Origin: Escherichia coli
Lineage (GTDB): Bacteria > Pseudomonadota > Gammaproteobacteria > Enterobacterales > Enterobacteriaceae
Assembly: GCF_003334765.1 (NCBI RefSeq)
Contig: NZ_QOWT01000008.1
Reading direction: 5' to 3' (one strand)
Length of the DNA: 64,000 nt
Below the pieces are notes generated by a model. It saw only the letters and a list, made by a program, of their open reading frames with translations. It was not told the origin of the DNA and ran no database searches. Position 1 is the stretch's first letter; the number at the start of each line of letters is the position of its first letter. This document shows positions 45,929 through 59,907 of this stretch, piece by piece. The translations under genes and the position numbers were made by a program.

Positions 45929-46504
45929 ATGAAATCGCTGCGTTTAATGTTATGCGCTATGCCATTGATGCTGACCGGCTGTTCCACGATGTCGTCAGTT
46001 AACTGGTCTGCCGCTAACCCGTGGAACTGGTTTGGGTCGTCCACCAAAGTGAGCGAGCAGGGCGTGGGTGAATTAACGGCGTCCACACCACTGCAAGAAC
46101 AAGCCATTGCCGATGCGCTTGATGGCGATTATCGCCTGCGCAGCGGAATGAAAACCGCGAACGGCAACGTGGTGCGCTTTTTTGAAGTGATGAAGGGCGA
46201 CAACGTGGCGATGGTGATTAACGGCGATCAAGGCACGATCAGTCGCATTGACGTGCTGGATAGCGATATTCCTGCTGACACCGGTGTTAAAATCGGTACA
46301 CCGTTTAGCGACCTTTACAGCAAAGCATTTGGCAATTGCCAAAAAGCTGATGGTGATGATAATCGTGCCGTCGAATGTAAAGCCGAAGGCAGTCAACATA
46401 TTAGCTACCAGTTCAGCGGGGAATGGCGTGGTCCTGAAGGGTTAATGCCTTCGGACGATACCCTGAAAAACTGGAAAGTCAGTAAAATTATCTGGCGGCG
46501 TTAA
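45929..46504 (+). CDS. yfeY: Lipoprotein YfeY (DUF1131)
   Basis: 191-aa ORF with signal peptide and lipobox LTGC. Confidence 0.8.
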   Translation: MKSLRLMLCAMPLMLTGCSTMSSVNWSAANPWNWFGSSTKVSEQGVGELTASTPLQEQAIADALDGDYRLRSGMKTANGNVVRFFEVMKGDNVAMVINGDQGTISRIDVLDSDIPADTGVKIGTPFSDLYSKAFGNCQKADGDDNRAVECKAEGSQHISYQFSGEWRGPEGLMPSDDTLKNWKVSKIIWRR

Positions 46505-46515
46505 TTTGCGTCTGA

Positions 46516-47499
<984 letters not shown>

Positions 47500-47580
47500 G
47501 CGTTTCTGATTCATTGATTAAAGGCCAGGCAGTAACATTACTGACTGGCCTCAGATTGTTGACCAAGTGCGCGTTGTACA

Positions 47581-47697
47581 CGCCGGATGCGGCGTGAACG
47601 CCTTATCCGGCCTACGAAATCGTGCTAATTCAATATATTGTGGGCTCCACGTAGGCCTGATAAGCGTAGCGCATCAGGCAGTTTTGCGTTTGTCAGC
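47581..47697. repeat. BIME (REP pair) between yfeX and yfeW
   Basis: GCCGGATGCGGCGTGAACGCCTTATCCGGCCTAC and GTAGGCCTGATAAGCGTAGCGCATCAGGC REP units; an inverted near-copy lies at 58491-58609. Confidence 0.75.
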
Positions 47698-47738
47698 ACT
47701 CTCAGACCAGCCAGTAACATTACTGACTGGCCTTTTTA

Positions 47739-49043
47739 TTACTTCTGCTTTAACGCCGCATACACCTGATCAACTACCCAACCATAAGTTGCAATCGGCA
47801 ACTGACCGCTTTCGAACATATTGGGATTCTTTTGCGGATCGGCAACCGGCGAATGTGGCTTGTTGCTTAACATCACAATCGTCATATGATTCACCGGATC
47901 GATAACGGTCACCGTTCCGGTCCAGCCAGTGTGACCGTAGGTTTGCGGGCTTGCCAGCGTGCCAAACGTCGGCGTCATGGTGGCATTACCATTCACGCGC
48001 CAGCCGAGGCCAAAAGTGGCATCTTCCTTAGAGCTGGTGGTGAACATCTTCACCGTTTCCGCATTGAACAGCTGCACATCACCATAGCCCCCGCCGTTCA
48101 GCATCGTTTGCATTAACACCGCAATATCGCCGGTATTGGAAAACAAACCTGCGTGCCCGGAAACGCCGCCCATCGAATAAAAGGCTTTTTCATCGTGCAC
48201 CTGACCCCAGAGAGTGGAGGTGCGGATATTCGGGAAATGGATCACGCCATCGCGGGTATTGCCGTTCAATTCCGTGGCGGCAATTTGTTGCGGTTTAAAG
48301 CCTTTCAGCAGCGGGTTAAATACCGTATGTGTCAGGCCGAGCGGGCGATAAATCGACTCTTCAACATAGCGGTCAAGCGGCTGACCGGTAACCGACTCGA
48401 CGATAAATCCAAGCAGCATATAATCGACATCGCTGTAGATATGTTTGCTGCCGGGCTGATATTCCAGCGGCGTGCGCTTGATCATCTCCAGCGTCTGGCC
48501 TTTATCCTGGGAATATAACGCGCCCGCGACCGCTTTATTCGGGTATTGCGGATCTGCCGGGAAACCGCCGCTGTGATGCAGCAGGTCAGAAATCCGCAGG
48601 GTGTTTTTGCCTTTAATGGTGTCATTTGGACTATCGGCAAACCCCGGAATATATTTCGCAATCCGATCGTCAGGATGCAGTTTGCCTTCGCTCATCAGCT
48701 TTTGCAGGGCGAAGTTCGTGGCGTACATTTTGGTGTTTGAGGCCAGGTCATACAGCGTCCCGGTGGTGGCTTTGACAGGCTGTTCCATCAACACGCTGCC
48801 ATCGTACTTTTTCGCCGCTCCCCAGGCTTTGCGATACACAATCTGATTATCTTTAATGATCAGCAGGTTTACGCTGGGATAACCGACATCAACTTGCTGG
48901 CTAATCCAGCGATCCATCTGGTTAAGCCGTTCGACGTTAAACCCTGCTTTCTCTGGCGAGCTTTCTGTCAGAACAGGGTATTTTGCGGCGCTGACGCTAC
49001 AACTAACAGCCAGCAGAGAAAGATAGAGCATTGTCCGTTTCAT
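47739..49043 (-). CDS. yfeW: Penicillin-binding protein 4B (class C beta-lactamase-like) YfeW
   Basis: 434 codons from ATG 49041-49043 (MKRTMLYLSLLAVSCSVSAA... signal peptide); ORF track extends in frame to 49130. Confidence 0.85.
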   Translation of the reverse strand: MKRTMLYLSLLAVSCSVSAAKYPVLTESSPEKAGFNVERLNQMDRWISQQVDVGYPSVNLLIIKDNQIVYRKAWGAAKKYDGSVLMEQPVKATTGTLYDLASNTKMYATNFALQKLMSEGKLHPDDRIAKYIPGFADSPNDTIKGKNTLRISDLLHHSGGFPADPQYPNKAVAGALYSQDKGQTLEMIKRTPLEYQPGSKHIYSDVDYMLLGFIVESVTGQPLDRYVEESIYRPLGLTHTVFNPLLKGFKPQQIAATELNGNTRDGVIHFPNIRTSTLWGQVHDEKAFYSMGGVSGHAGLFSNTGDIAVLMQTMLNGGGYGDVQLFNAETVKMFTTSSKEDATFGLGWRVNGNATMTPTFGTLASPQTYGHTGWTGTVTVIDPVNHMTIVMLSNKPHSPVADPQKNPNMFESGQLPIATYGWVVDQVYAALKQK

Positions 49044-49047
49044 GATA

Positions 49048-50472
<1,425 letters not shown>

Positions 50473-50475
50473 GGG

Positions 50476-51372
50476 TTATTCCTTGTCTAAAACCTGACGA
50501 ATAAAGCCGCCGTGTTGATCCAGGCGTTTTTTAGCTTCTGCGGCATCGAGATTTTTCAGCACCATCACAATGGCCGTTTTACAGTTGCGCTCGCAAGCAA
50601 TTAACGCCGCTTCCGCTTGCTCTGCGCTACATCCGGTGGCGTTTTTAACAATATTGACCTGTCGCACATGCAGTTTTTCGTTGGTGGCGACCACATCGAC
50701 CATCAGGTTGCCGAACACTTTGCCGGATTTAATCATCAGCCCGGTGGAAAGCATATTGAGCACCAGTTTCTGCGCTGTACCTGCTTTCATCCGCGAAGAA
50801 CCGGTAACAACTTCGGCACCTACAATCGGTGTAATGGCAAACTCAGCGGTGGTTGAAACGGCGCTCCCCGGATTACAGGAAATTCCCACTGTGCGGCAGC
50901 CGAGCTGGCGTGCGTATTCCAGTCCGGCAATCACATACGGCGTGCGACCGCTGGCAGCAATGCCAACCACCACATCCTGTGCCGTTAAATTAATATTTTT
51001 CAGATCATTAACACCGCCTTCCCGGCTATCTTCCGCGCCTTCCACCGCGTGCTGAATGGCATATTCGCCGCCAGCAATCAAACCAACCACCAGACCCGGT
51101 TTCACGCCGTAGGTGGGCGGACATTCGCTGGCATCCAGAATCCCCAGACGACCGGATGTTCCCGCACCGAGGTAAATCAGACGCCCGCCGCCGCTTACCT
51201 GGGCGTGGATAACATCGATCGCCGCGGCGATATCCGGCAGTACGCGCTCAACGGCAAGCGGTACGGTTTTATCTTCATCGTTGATAATCCGGCACATTTC
51301 CAGCGTCGATACGCGGTCAATTTCAGCCGAGGCGGTGTTCGAGCCTTCAGTAATCATCTTTTCAAATTGCAT
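50476..51372 (-). CDS. murQ: N-acetylmuramic acid 6-phosphate etherase MurQ
   Basis: 298-aa reverse ORF, SIS domain; recognised MurQ. Confidence 0.9.
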
Positions 51373-51535
51373 CGGTGGTGACCTTACTATTTACGATCAA
51401 ATAATTGCAGATGTATGGAATCATATATCCCGAATTGACAGGCTTAAAGGAATCATTGAGTCTACACTCGCAGAGTGTGAAGAGCGTCATAAGAACTTAA
51501 GCGGAATTTATGCTGCCAGCCCAGGAGAGTGGAAG
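51373..51535. promoter_or_regulatory. Divergent murQ / murR promoter-operator region
   Basis: 163-bp intergenic region between divergently transcribed murQ and murR; expected site of MurR operators; no motif mapped. Confidence 0.4.
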
Positions 51536-52393
51536 ATGTTGTACCTGACGAAAATAAGCAATGCGGGGAGTGAATTCACCGAAAACGAGCAAAAAATCGC
51601 TGACTTTCTGCAGGCCAACGTGAGTGAGCTGCAATCCGTTTCTTCACGGCAGATGGCGAAACAGCTCGGCATTAGCCAGTCGAGCATAGTGAAATTTGCC
51701 CAAAAACTCGGCGCGCAAGGATTTACTGAATTGCGTATGGCGTTAATAGGCGAATACAGTGCCAGCCGGGAGAAAACGAATGCCACGGCACTGCACCTGC
51801 ACAGTTCGATTACCAGTGATGATTCGCTGGAAGTGATCGCGCGCAAACTGAATCGCGAAAAAGAGCTGGCGCTGGAGCAAACCTGCGCGTTGCTCGATTA
51901 CGCGCGGCTGCAAAAAATCATTGAGGTCATCAGTAAAGCACCGTTTATCCAGATAACGGGCCTGGGCGGATCGGCGCTGGTGGGGCGCGATCTGTCGTTC
52001 AAACTGATGAAAATTGGCTATCGCGTGGCCTGCGAAGCCGACACGCACGTACAAGCCACCGTTTCCCAGGCGTTGAAAAAAGGCGATGTACAAATCGCTA
52101 TCTCTTACAGCGGCAGTAAAAAAGAGATTGTCTTGTGCGCAGAAGCGGCACGAAAGCAGGGGGCAACGGTGATTGCCATTACTTCTCTGACTGACTCTCC
52201 GCTGCGGCGGCTGGCGCATTTCACCCTCGATACCGTTTCCGGAGAAACCGAATGGCGTAGCTCGTCGATGTCTACCCGCACGGCGCAAAATTCTGTTACC
52301 GATTTACTGTTTGTTGGCCTTGTGCAACTCAATGATGTGGAGTCATTGAAAATGATTCAGCGCAGCAGTGAGCTAACACAACGCCTGAAATGA
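51536..52393 (+). CDS. murR: RpiR-family transcriptional repressor MurR
   Basis: 285 codons from ATG 51536 ([25 protein letters not shown]...), N-terminal HTH and C-terminal SIS domain; ORF track start 51281 is upstream in frame. Confidence 0.85.
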   Translation: MLYLTKISNAGSEFTENEQKIADFLQANVSELQSVSSRQMAKQLGISQSSIVKFAQKLGAQGFTELRMALIGEYSASREKTNATALHLHSSITSDDSLEVIARKLNREKELALEQTCALLDYARLQKIIEVISKAPFIQITGLGGSALVGRDLSFKLMKIGYRVACEADTHVQATVSQALKKGDVQIAISYSGSKKEIVLCAEAARKQGATVIAITSLTDSPLRRLAHFTLDTVSGETEWRSSSMSTRTAQNSVTDLLFVGLVQLNDVESLKMIQRSSELTQRLK

Positions 52394-52521
52394 TGCATAA
52401 AGCAGCGACTGGATTGAGATTTTCCTGAATTAGTGAGCTGATCCGCAGCAATATTTTGTTTATCCTGTATTTTCAGAGGGAATGGAGTGTAACGCTCTGT
52501 ATTAACAAGGAGAGCATTAAA

Positions 52522-53313
52522 ATGGGTAAACTCACGGGCAAGACAGCACTGATTACGGGCGCATTGCAGGGAATTGGCGAAGGAATTGCCAGAACTTTTG
52601 CACGTCATGGCGCGAACCTAATCTTGCTGGATATCTCCCCTGAGATCGAAAAGCTGGCGGACGAACTGTGTGGTCGTGGTCATCGCTGTACGGCGGTTGT
52701 CGCCGATGTGCGTGACCCGGCGTCGGTAGCCGCAGCTATCAAACGCGCGAAGGAAAAAGAAGGGCGCATTGATATCCTGGTGAATAACGCAGGCGTTTGT
52801 CGTCTGGGCAGTTTCCTCGATATGAGCGATGACGATCGCGATTTCCATATTGACATCAATATTAAAGGCGTATGGAACGTCACGAAGGCGGTGCTGCCGG
52901 AGATGATTGCCCGCAAAGATGGTCGCATTGTGATGATGTCTTCAGTCACTGGTGATATGGTGGCCGATCCTGGCGAAACGGCGTACGCCTTAACGAAAGC
53001 GGCGATTGTTGGCCTGACAAAATCGCTGGCGGTGGAGTACGCGCAGTCTGGTATTCGCGTTAACGCCATTTGCCCGGGATACGTGCGCACACCAATGGCG
53101 GAAAGCATTGCCCGCCAGTCGAACCCGGAAGATCCAGAGTCGGTGCTGACTGAAATGGCGAAAGCAATCCCGATGCGTCGCCTCGCCGATCCGCTGGAAG
53201 TCGGCGAACTGGCGGCCTTCCTCGCATCGGATGAATCCAGCTATTTAACTGGTACACAGAATGTGATTGATGGCGGCAGCACACTGCCGGAGACGGTTAG
53301 CGTCGGTATCTGA
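52522..53313 (+). CDS. ucpA: Short-chain dehydrogenase/reductase UcpA
   Basis: 263 codons from ATG 52522 (MGKLTGKTALITGALQGIGEGIA...), Rossmann TGxxxGxG motif. Confidence 0.85.
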   Translation: MGKLTGKTALITGALQGIGEGIARTFARHGANLILLDISPEIEKLADELCGRGHRCTAVVADVRDPASVAAAIKRAKEKEGRIDILVNNAGVCRLGSFLDMSDDDRDFHIDINIKGVWNVTKAVLPEMIARKDGRIVMMSSVTGDMVADPGETAYALTKAAIVGLTKSLAVEYAQSGIRVNAICPGYVRTPMAESIARQSNPEDPESVLTEMAKAIPMRRLADPLEVGELAAFLASDESSYLTGTQNVIDGGSTLPETVSVGI

Positions 53314-53325
53314 TTCACCTCTGTT

Positions 53326-53358
53326 TCCTCCCTGCATTTGTGGGGAGGATTTCGTCTT
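53326..53358 (+). terminator. Probable rho-independent terminator downstream of ucpA
   Basis: Stem TCCTCCC/GGGAGGA (7 bp) with 9-nt loop followed by T-rich tract TTTCGTCTT. Confidence 0.45.
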
Positions 53359-53616
53359 GAACTAAGTTCACCAGGCTATTTTATTTGTCATTTTGGCCCC
53401 GGGCAGTGCTCGAAATCCTCACGTACTATGTGTACGCTCCGGTTTCTCCGCGCTGTTCGTGTCCAAACTGACTGCAACAATTACGCCTGTTGAACCAAGT
53501 TCTTATTCCCTTTTCAACTTCCAAATCACCAAACGGTATATAAAACCGTTACTCCTTTCACGTCCGTTATAAATATGATGGCTATTAGAAAGTCATTAAA
53601 TTTATAAGGGTGCGCA
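53359..53616 (+). promoter_or_regulatory. cysP promoter region (expected CysB-dependent)
   Basis: About 260 bp non-coding region upstream of cysP; no motif mapped. Confidence 0.35.
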
Positions 53617-54633
53617 ATGGCCGTTAACTTACTGAAAAAGAACTCACTCGCGCTGGTCGCTTCTCTGCTGCTGGCGGGCCATGTACAGGCAACGGAACTG
53701 CTGAACAGTTCTTATGACGTCTCCCGCGAGCTGTTTGCCGCCCTGAATCCGCCGTTTGAGCAACAATGGGCAAAAGATAACGGCGGCGACAAACTGACGA
53801 TAAAACAATCTCATGCCGGGTCATCAAAACAGGCGCTGGCGATTTTACAGGGCTTAAAAGCCGACGTTGTCACTTATAACCAGGTGACCGACGTACAAAT
53901 CCTGCACGATAAAGGCAAGCTGATCCCGGCCGACTGGCAGTCGCGCCTGCCGAATAATAGCTCGCCGTTCTACTCCACCATGGGCTTCCTGGTGCGTAAG
54001 GGTAACCCGAAGAATATCCACGATTGGAACGACCTGGTGCGCTCCGACGTGAAGCTGATTTTCCCGAACCCGAAAACGTCGGGTAACGCGCGTTATACCT
54101 ATCTGGCGGCATGGGGCGCAGCGGATAAAGCTGACGGTGGTGACAAAGGCAAAACCGAACAGTTTATGACCCAGTTCCTGAAAAACGTTGAAGTGTTCGA
54201 TACTGGCGGTCGTGGCGCGACCACCACTTTTGCCGAGCGCGGCCTGGGCGATGTGCTGATTAGCTTCGAATCGGAAGTGAACAACATCCGTAAACAGTAT
54301 GAAGCGCAGGGCTTTGAAGTGGTGATTCCGAAAACCAACATTCTGGCGGAATTCCCGGTGGCGTGGGTTGATAAAAACGTGCAGGCCAACGGTACGGAAA
54401 AAGCCGCCAAAGCCTATCTGAACTGGCTCTATAGCCCGCAGGCGCAAACCATCATCACCGACTATTACTACCGCGTGAATAACCCGGAGGTGATGGACAA
54501 ACTGAAAGACAAATTCCCGCAGACCGAGCTGTTCCGCGTGGAAGACAAATTTGGCTCCTGGCCGGAAGTGATGAAAACCCACTTCACCAGCGGCGGCGAG
54601 TTAGACAAGCTGTTAGCGGCGGGGCGTAACTGA
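53617..54633 (+). CDS. cysP: Thiosulfate/sulfate-binding periplasmic protein CysP
   Basis: 338-aa ORF with signal peptide; recognised CysP. Confidence 0.9.
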
Positions 54634-55466
54634 TGTTTGCTGTCTCCTCCAGACGCGTGCTGCCGGGCTTTACCTTAAGCCTCGGCACCAGTCTGCTGTT
54701 TGTGTGCCTGATTTTGCTGCTGCCGCTCTCCGCGCTGGTGATGCAACTGGCCCAGATGAGCTGGGCGCAGTACTGGGAGGTGATCACCAACCCGCAGGTG
54801 GTCGCGGCCTACAAAGTAACGCTGCTGTCGGCGTTTGTGGCATCGATTTTTAACGGCGTTTTCGGTCTGCTGATGGCGTGGATCCTAACCCGCTATCGCT
54901 TCCCAGGCCGCACGCTGCTTGATGCGCTGATGGATTTACCCTTTGCGCTGCCAACGGCTGTCGCCGGTTTAACGCTGGCCTCGCTCTTTTCCGTAAACGG
55001 TTTTTACGGTGAATGGCTGGCGAAGTTTGATATCAAAGTCACCTATACATGGCTGGGGATTGCGGTGGCTATGGCCTTTACCAGCATTCCGTTTGTGGTG
55101 CGTACCGTGCAGCCGGTGCTGGAAGAGTTAGGCCCGGAATATGAAGAAGCGGCGGAAACGCTTGGTGCAACGCGCTGGCAGAGTTTCTGCAAAGTGGTGC
55201 TGCCGGAGCTTTCTCCGGCGCTGGTGGCGGGCGTGGCGCTGTCGTTTACCCGTAGTCTTGGTGAATTTGGCGCGGTGATTTTTATCGCCGGAAATATCGC
55301 GTGGAAGACGGAAGTGACGTCGCTGATGATTTTTGTGCGCTTACAGGAGTTTGATTACCCGGCAGCGAGCGCGATTGCTTCGGTGATCCTCGCGGCATCT
55401 CTGCTGCTGCTGTTCTCAATTAACACTCTGCAAAGTCGCTTTGGTCGGCGTGTGGTAGGTCATTAA
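54633..55466 (+). CDS. cysU: Sulfate/thiosulfate ABC transporter permease CysU (CysT)
   Basis: 277-aa membrane ORF; start overlaps cysP stop (TGATG). Confidence 0.9.
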   Translation: MFAVSSRRVLPGFTLSLGTSLLFVCLILLLPLSALVMQLAQMSWAQYWEVITNPQVVAAYKVTLLSAFVASIFNGVFGLLMAWILTRYRFPGRTLLDALMDLPFALPTAVAGLTLASLFSVNGFYGEWLAKFDIKVTYTWLGIAVAMAFTSIPFVVRTVQPVLEELGPEYEEAAETLGATRWQSFCKVVLPELSPALVAGVALSFTRSLGEFGAVIFIAGNIAWKTEVTSLMIFVRLQEFDYPAASAIASVILAASLLLLFSINTLQSRFGRRVVGH

Positions 55467-56341
55467 TGGCGGAAGTTACCCAATTGAAGCGTTATGACGC
55501 GCGCCCGATTAACTGGGGCAAATGGTTTCTGATTGGCATCGGGATGCTGGTTTCGGCGTTCATCCTGCTGGTGCCGATGATTTACATCTTCGTGCAGGCA
55601 TTCAGCAAGGGGCTGATGCCGGTTTTACAGAATCTGGCCGATCCGGACATGCTGCACGCCATCTGGCTGACGGTGATGATCGCGCTGATTGCCGTACCGG
55701 TAAACCTGGTGTTCGGCATTCTGCTGGCCTGGCTGGTGACGCGCTTTAACTTCCCTGGACGCCAGTTACTGCTGACGCTACTGGACATTCCGTTTGCCGT
55801 ATCGCCGGTGGTTGCCGGTCTGGTGTATTTGCTGTTCTACGGCTCTAACGGCCCGCTCGGCGGTTGGCTCGACGAGCATAACCTGCAAATTATGTTCTCC
55901 TGGCCGGGAATGGTGCTGGTCACCATCTTCGTGACGTGTCCGTTTGTGGTGCGCGAACTGGTGCCGGTGATGTTAAGCCAGGGCAGCCAGGAAGACGAAG
56001 CGGCGATTTTGCTTGGCGCGTCCGGCTGGCAGATGTTCCGTCGCGTCACATTACCGAACATCCGCTGGGCGCTGCTTTATGGCGTGGTGTTGACCAACGC
56101 CCGCGCAATTGGCGAGTTTGGCGCGGTGTCGGTGGTTTCCGGCTCGATTCGCGGCGAAACCCTGTCGCTGCCGTTACAGATTGAATTGCTGGAGCAGGAC
56201 TACAACACCGTCGGCTCCTTTACCGCTGCGGCGCTGTTAACGCTGATGGCGATTATCACCCTGTTTTTAAAAAGTATGTTGCAGTGGCGCCTGGAGAATC
56301 AGGAAAAACGCGCACAGCAGGAGGAACATCATGAGCATTGA
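55466..56341 (+). CDS. cysW: Sulfate/thiosulfate ABC transporter permease CysW
   Basis: 291-aa membrane ORF; start overlaps cysU stop (TAATG). Confidence 0.9.
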   Translation: MAEVTQLKRYDARPINWGKWFLIGIGMLVSAFILLVPMIYIFVQAFSKGLMPVLQNLADPDMLHAIWLTVMIALIAVPVNLVFGILLAWLVTRFNFPGRQLLLTLLDIPFAVSPVVAGLVYLLFYGSNGPLGGWLDEHNLQIMFSWPGMVLVTIFVTCPFVVRELVPVMLSQGSQEDEAAILLGASGWQMFRRVTLPNIRWALLYGVVLTNARAIGEFGAVSVVSGSIRGETLSLPLQIELLEQDYNTVGSFTAAALLTLMAIITLFLKSMLQWRLENQEKRAQQEEHHEH

Positions 56342-57428
56342 GATTGCCAATATTAAGAAGTCGTTTGGTCGCACCCAGGTGCTGAACGATATCTCACTGG
56401 ATATTCCTTCAGGTCAGATGGTCGCGTTGCTGGGGCCGTCCGGTTCCGGGAAAACCACGCTGCTGCGCATTATCGCCGGGCTGGAGCATCAAACCAGCGG
56501 GCATATTCGCTTCCACGGCACCGACGTGAGCCGCCTGCACGCACGTGATCGTAAAGTCGGTTTCGTGTTCCAGCATTACGCGCTGTTCCGCCATATGACG
56601 GTGTTCGACAATATCGCTTTTGGCCTGACGGTGCTGCCGCGTCGCGAGCGCCCGAATGCCGCAGCCATCAAAGCGAAAGTGACAAAATTGCTGGAAATGG
56701 TCCAGCTTGCCCATCTGGCGGATCGTTATCCGGCGCAGCTTTCCGGCGGCCAGAAACAGCGCGTGGCGCTGGCGCGCGCGCTGGCTGTGGAACCGCAAAT
56801 TCTGCTGCTTGATGAACCGTTTGGCGCGCTGGATGCGCAGGTGCGTAAAGAGCTGCGTCGCTGGCTGCGTCAACTCCATGAAGAACTAAAATTCACCAGC
56901 GTTTTTGTGACCCACGATCAGGAAGAAGCGACCGAAGTAGCTGATCGTGTAGTTGTGATGAGCCAGGGCAATATTGAACAGGCTGACGCGCCGGATCAGG
57001 TATGGCGCGAACCGGCGACCCGTTTTGTGCTCGAATTTATGGGCGAAGTGAACCGCCTGCAGGGAACCATTCGCGGCGGGCAGTTCCATGTTGGCGCGCA
57101 TCGCTGGCCGCTGGGCTACACACCTGCGTATCAGGGGCCGGTGGATCTCTTCCTGCGCCCTTGGGAAGTGGATATCAGCCGCCGTACCAGCCTCGATTCG
57201 CCGCTGCCGGTACAGGTACTGGAAGCCAGCCCGAAAGGTCACTACACCCAATTAGTGGTGCAGCCGCTGGGGTGGTACAACGAACCGCTGACGGTCGTGA
57301 TGCATGGCGACGATGCCCCGCAGCGTGGCGAGCGTTTATTCGTTGGTCTGCAACATGCGCGGCTGTATAACGGCGACGAGCGTATCGAAACCCGCGATGA
57401 GGAACTTGCTCTCGCACAAAGCGCCTGA
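56331..57428 (+). CDS. cysA: Sulfate/thiosulfate ABC transporter ATP-binding protein CysA
   Basis: 365-aa ORF with Walker [10 protein letters not shown] and ABC signature LSGGQKQR; overlaps cysW 3' end by 11 nt. Confidence 0.9.
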   Translation: MSIEIANIKKSFGRTQVLNDISLDIPSGQMVALLGPSGSGKTTLLRIIAGLEHQTSGHIRFHGTDVSRLHARDRKVGFVFQHYALFRHMTVFDNIAFGLTVLPRRERPNAAAIKAKVTKLLEMVQLAHLADRYPAQLSGGQKQRVALARALAVEPQILLLDEPFGALDAQVRKELRRWLRQLHEELKFTSVFVTHDQEEATEVADRVVVMSQGNIEQADAPDQVWREPATRFVLEFMGEVNRLQGTIRGGQFHVGAHRWPLGYTPAYQGPVDLFLRPWEVDISRRTSLDSPLPVQVLEASPKGHYTQLVVQPLGWYNEPLTVVMHGDDAPQRGERLFVGLQHARLYNGDERIETRDEELALAQSA

Positions 57429-57449
57429 TAGGTTGAGTGAATGTTAAAC

Positions 57450-57482
57450 GCCCGGAGGCGCTTCCCGCGATCCGGGCTTTTT
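57450..57482 (+). terminator. Rho-independent terminator downstream of cysA
   Basis: Stem GCCCGGA/TCCGGGC with 14-nt loop followed by TTTTT. Confidence 0.55.
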
Positions 57483-57506
57483 AATGGCAAGGTTTGTAAC
57501 CTGTAG

Positions 57507-57539
57507 ACCTGATAAGACGCGCAAGCGTCGCATCAGGCA
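57507..57539. repeat. REP element between cysA and cysM
   Basis: GACCTGATAAGACGCGCAAGCGTCGCATCAGGC palindromic REP unit. Confidence 0.6.
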
Positions 57540-57561
57540 ACACCACGTATGGATAGAGATC

Positions 57562-58473
57562 GTGAGTACATTAGAACAAACAATAGGCAATACGCCTCTG
57601 GTGAAGTTGCAGCGAATGGGGCCGGATAACGGCAGTGAAGTGTGGTTAAAACTGGAAGGCAATAACCCGGCAGGTTCGGTGAAAGATCGTGCGGCACTTT
57701 CGATGATCGTCGAGGCGGAAAAGCGCGGGGAAATTAAACCGGGTGATGTCTTAATCGAAGCCACCAGTGGTAACACCGGCATTGCGCTGGCAATGATTGC
57801 CGCGCTGAAAGGCTATCGCATGAAATTGCTGATGCCCGACAACATGAGCCAGGAACGCCGTGCGGCGATGCGTGCTTATGGTGCGGAACTGATTCTTGTC
57901 ACCAAAGAGCAGGGCATGGAAGGTGCGCGCGATCTGGCGCTGGAGATGGCGAATCGTGGCGAAGGAAAGCTGCTCGATCAGTTCAATAATCCCGATAACC
58001 CTTATGCGCATTACACCACCACTGGGCCGGAAATCTGGCAGCAAACCGGCGGGCGCATCACTCATTTTGTCTCCAGCATGGGGACGACCGGCACTATCAC
58101 CGGCGTCTCACGCTTTATGCGCGAACAATCCAAACCGGTGACCATTGTCGGCCTGCAACCGGAAGAGGGCAGCAGCATTCCCGGCATTCGCCGCTGGCCT
58201 ACGGAATATCTGCCGGGGATTTTCAACGCTTCTCTGGTGGATGAGGTGCTGGATATTCATCAGCGCGATGCGGAAAACACCATGCGCGAACTGGCGGTGC
58301 GGGAAGGAATATTCTGTGGCGTCAGCTCCGGCGGCGCGGTTGCCGGAGCACTGCGGGTGGCAAAAGCTAACCCTGACGCGGTGGTGGTGGCGATCATCTG
58401 CGATCGTGGCGATCGCTACCTTTCTACCGGGGTGTTTGGGGAAGAGCATTTTAGCCAGGGGGCGGGGATTTAA
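57562..58473 (+). CDS. cysM: Cysteine synthase B (O-acetylserine sulfhydrylase B)
   Basis: 303 codons from GTG 57562 (MSTLEQTIGNTPLVKLQRMGP...), PLP-lysine context SVKDR; ORF track start 57484 is an upstream in-frame alternative. Confidence 0.85.
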   Translation: MSTLEQTIGNTPLVKLQRMGPDNGSEVWLKLEGNNPAGSVKDRAALSMIVEAEKRGEIKPGDVLIEATSGNTGIALAMIAALKGYRMKLLMPDNMSQERRAAMRAYGAELILVTKEQGMEGARDLALEMANRGEGKLLDQFNNPDNPYAHYTTTGPEIWQQTGGRITHFVSSMGTTGTITGVSRFMREQSKPVTIVGLQPEEGSSIPGIRRWPTEYLPGIFNASLVDEVLDIHQRDAENTMRELAVREGIFCGVSSGGAVAGALRVAKANPDAVVVAIICDRGDRYLSTGVFGEEHFSQGAGI

Positions 58474-58490
58474 GGATTAATAGCATCGGA

Positions 58491-58610
<120 letters not shown>

Positions 58611-58661
58611 ATAAACAAAGCGCACTTTTTTAACAGTTGTTGCTGCCGACAAATGCAGTAT

Positions 58662-59396
58662 TTAATTTTCGTGAGGAAACGCCGTAAGGTCATCAATCAT
58701 TTTTTGAAGTATTGGTGAGTCCTGACCGTCACCCCATTGAAGAATTTTTGCGGTAAGCTGATGACGCGCTAGTGCATTGAGTCCCATCTTTTTAAGTTTA
58801 TGGGAGATTTTACCCATGACTTTAATCTGACCGAATGCAGTTGCGTAGGTAATCATATTGCTCTGGATAGTGCTCATTTCATCGACTAGTAATTGCGCAC
58901 GAACATCCTCTTCAAGAATACTGTCCATAGCGATGTATTTCATACCCCACATAGTTTCAATTAACATTTGAGGGAAATCAGCACAGTCCAGATCCGGCTC
59001 TTTACGGAGGCTATTTTCAAGAACGTTTAGAGCATCAGCACCTTCATCGCTGCCAAAAGGAGATTCTTCATCCCAGCAACACATATAAAGTGGATCAGTA
59101 AAATGGCACTGGAAGTTTGGGTGTGACGTTTTAACATGTAACCCAATTTCTTCATCATCAAAATAGTAGCGATCCATGAAGTTAAACTTTGGATCTTCTT
59201 GATAGCCTTTCTTCATTTTTGCGGCAATCAATTTACTGGCTTCTTTCAGACACTGTTCTTCATTATCGAACTCTTTTGTCTGGAATTTACCAATACTACC
59301 TACCTTGCCATAGTTGACAGCTAAACTATCCCCTTCGTAATCTATCCACCAAAATTTATTCGATTTTTCATCGTGATAAATAAAGCGTTTTTTCAT
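58662..59396 (-). CDS. yfeS: WGR-domain protein YfeS
   Basis: 244-aa reverse ORF with N-terminal WGR-like region (SNKFWWIDYEGDSLAVNYGKVGSIGKFQTKEF). Confidence 0.8.
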   Translation of the reverse strand: MKKRFIYHDEKSNKFWWIDYEGDSLAVNYGKVGSIGKFQTKEFDNEEQCLKEASKLIAAKMKKGYQEDPKFNFMDRYYFDDEEIGLHVKTSHPNFQCHFTDPLYMCCWDEESPFGSDEGADALNVLENSLRKEPDLDCADFPQMLIETMWGMKYIAMDSILEEDVRAQLLVDEMSTIQSNMITYATAFGQIKVMGKISHKLKKMGLNALARHQLTAKILQWGDGQDSPILQKMIDDLTAFPHEN

Positions 59397-59428
59397 GTTA
59401 CCTCCTGTAAATGCCTTCCCAAAGCGGA

Positions 59429-59803
59429 TTAATTTCCTTCCGCAGGCACCGTTTTATCCGTCTGCGCAATTAACGCATGTAAAAAAGGCTGTGCGTTCTC
59501 ATCGCTCTTACCGGGGATCTTCACAATATACGGCTTCCCAGTAATCGATGACGACGAAGCAACCTTATCAATAAACTGCTCGGCAGTGTCAATGCGGTTA
59601 CGGGTATTGCCGAGCTTCAGACGCAGATGAGAAACCGCTTCATAGCAGGTATGTTCATCACCGTTGCGCACAAATATCAAATCCTTTTTCTGTGCTAATC
59701 CCTCCAGCATGGCGTTGATGCGGGCTTCTTCATGGGCAGTTAACTTCGCGTAAACGGGGAGTGTCATTAGTAGTGTAATGACCAGACAAATGATTTTCTT
59801 CAT
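59429..59803 (-). CDS. yfeK: Uncharacterized secreted protein YfeK
   Basis: 124-aa reverse ORF with N-terminal signal peptide ([19 protein letters not shown]). Confidence 0.75.
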
Positions 59804-59828
59804 TGAATTACCTTATCCTTGTTTTGTG

Positions 59829-59871
<43 letters not shown>

Positions 59872-59907
59872 TTACGATGAGGATCATCGGCAAGGAGAAA
59901 AAATTAA

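Noticed and set aside
47567-47905. 112-aa ORF starting in the BIME repeat (MRVVHAGCGVNALSGL...), with a similar 60-aa ORF at 58470-58652
   Set aside because: Both read through REP/BIME repeat sequence, and their similarity comes from the repeat itself. REP elements are non-coding.
53854-54582. 242-aa reverse-strand ORF inside cysP
   Set aside because: Antisense shadow ORF within a confidently identified gene.
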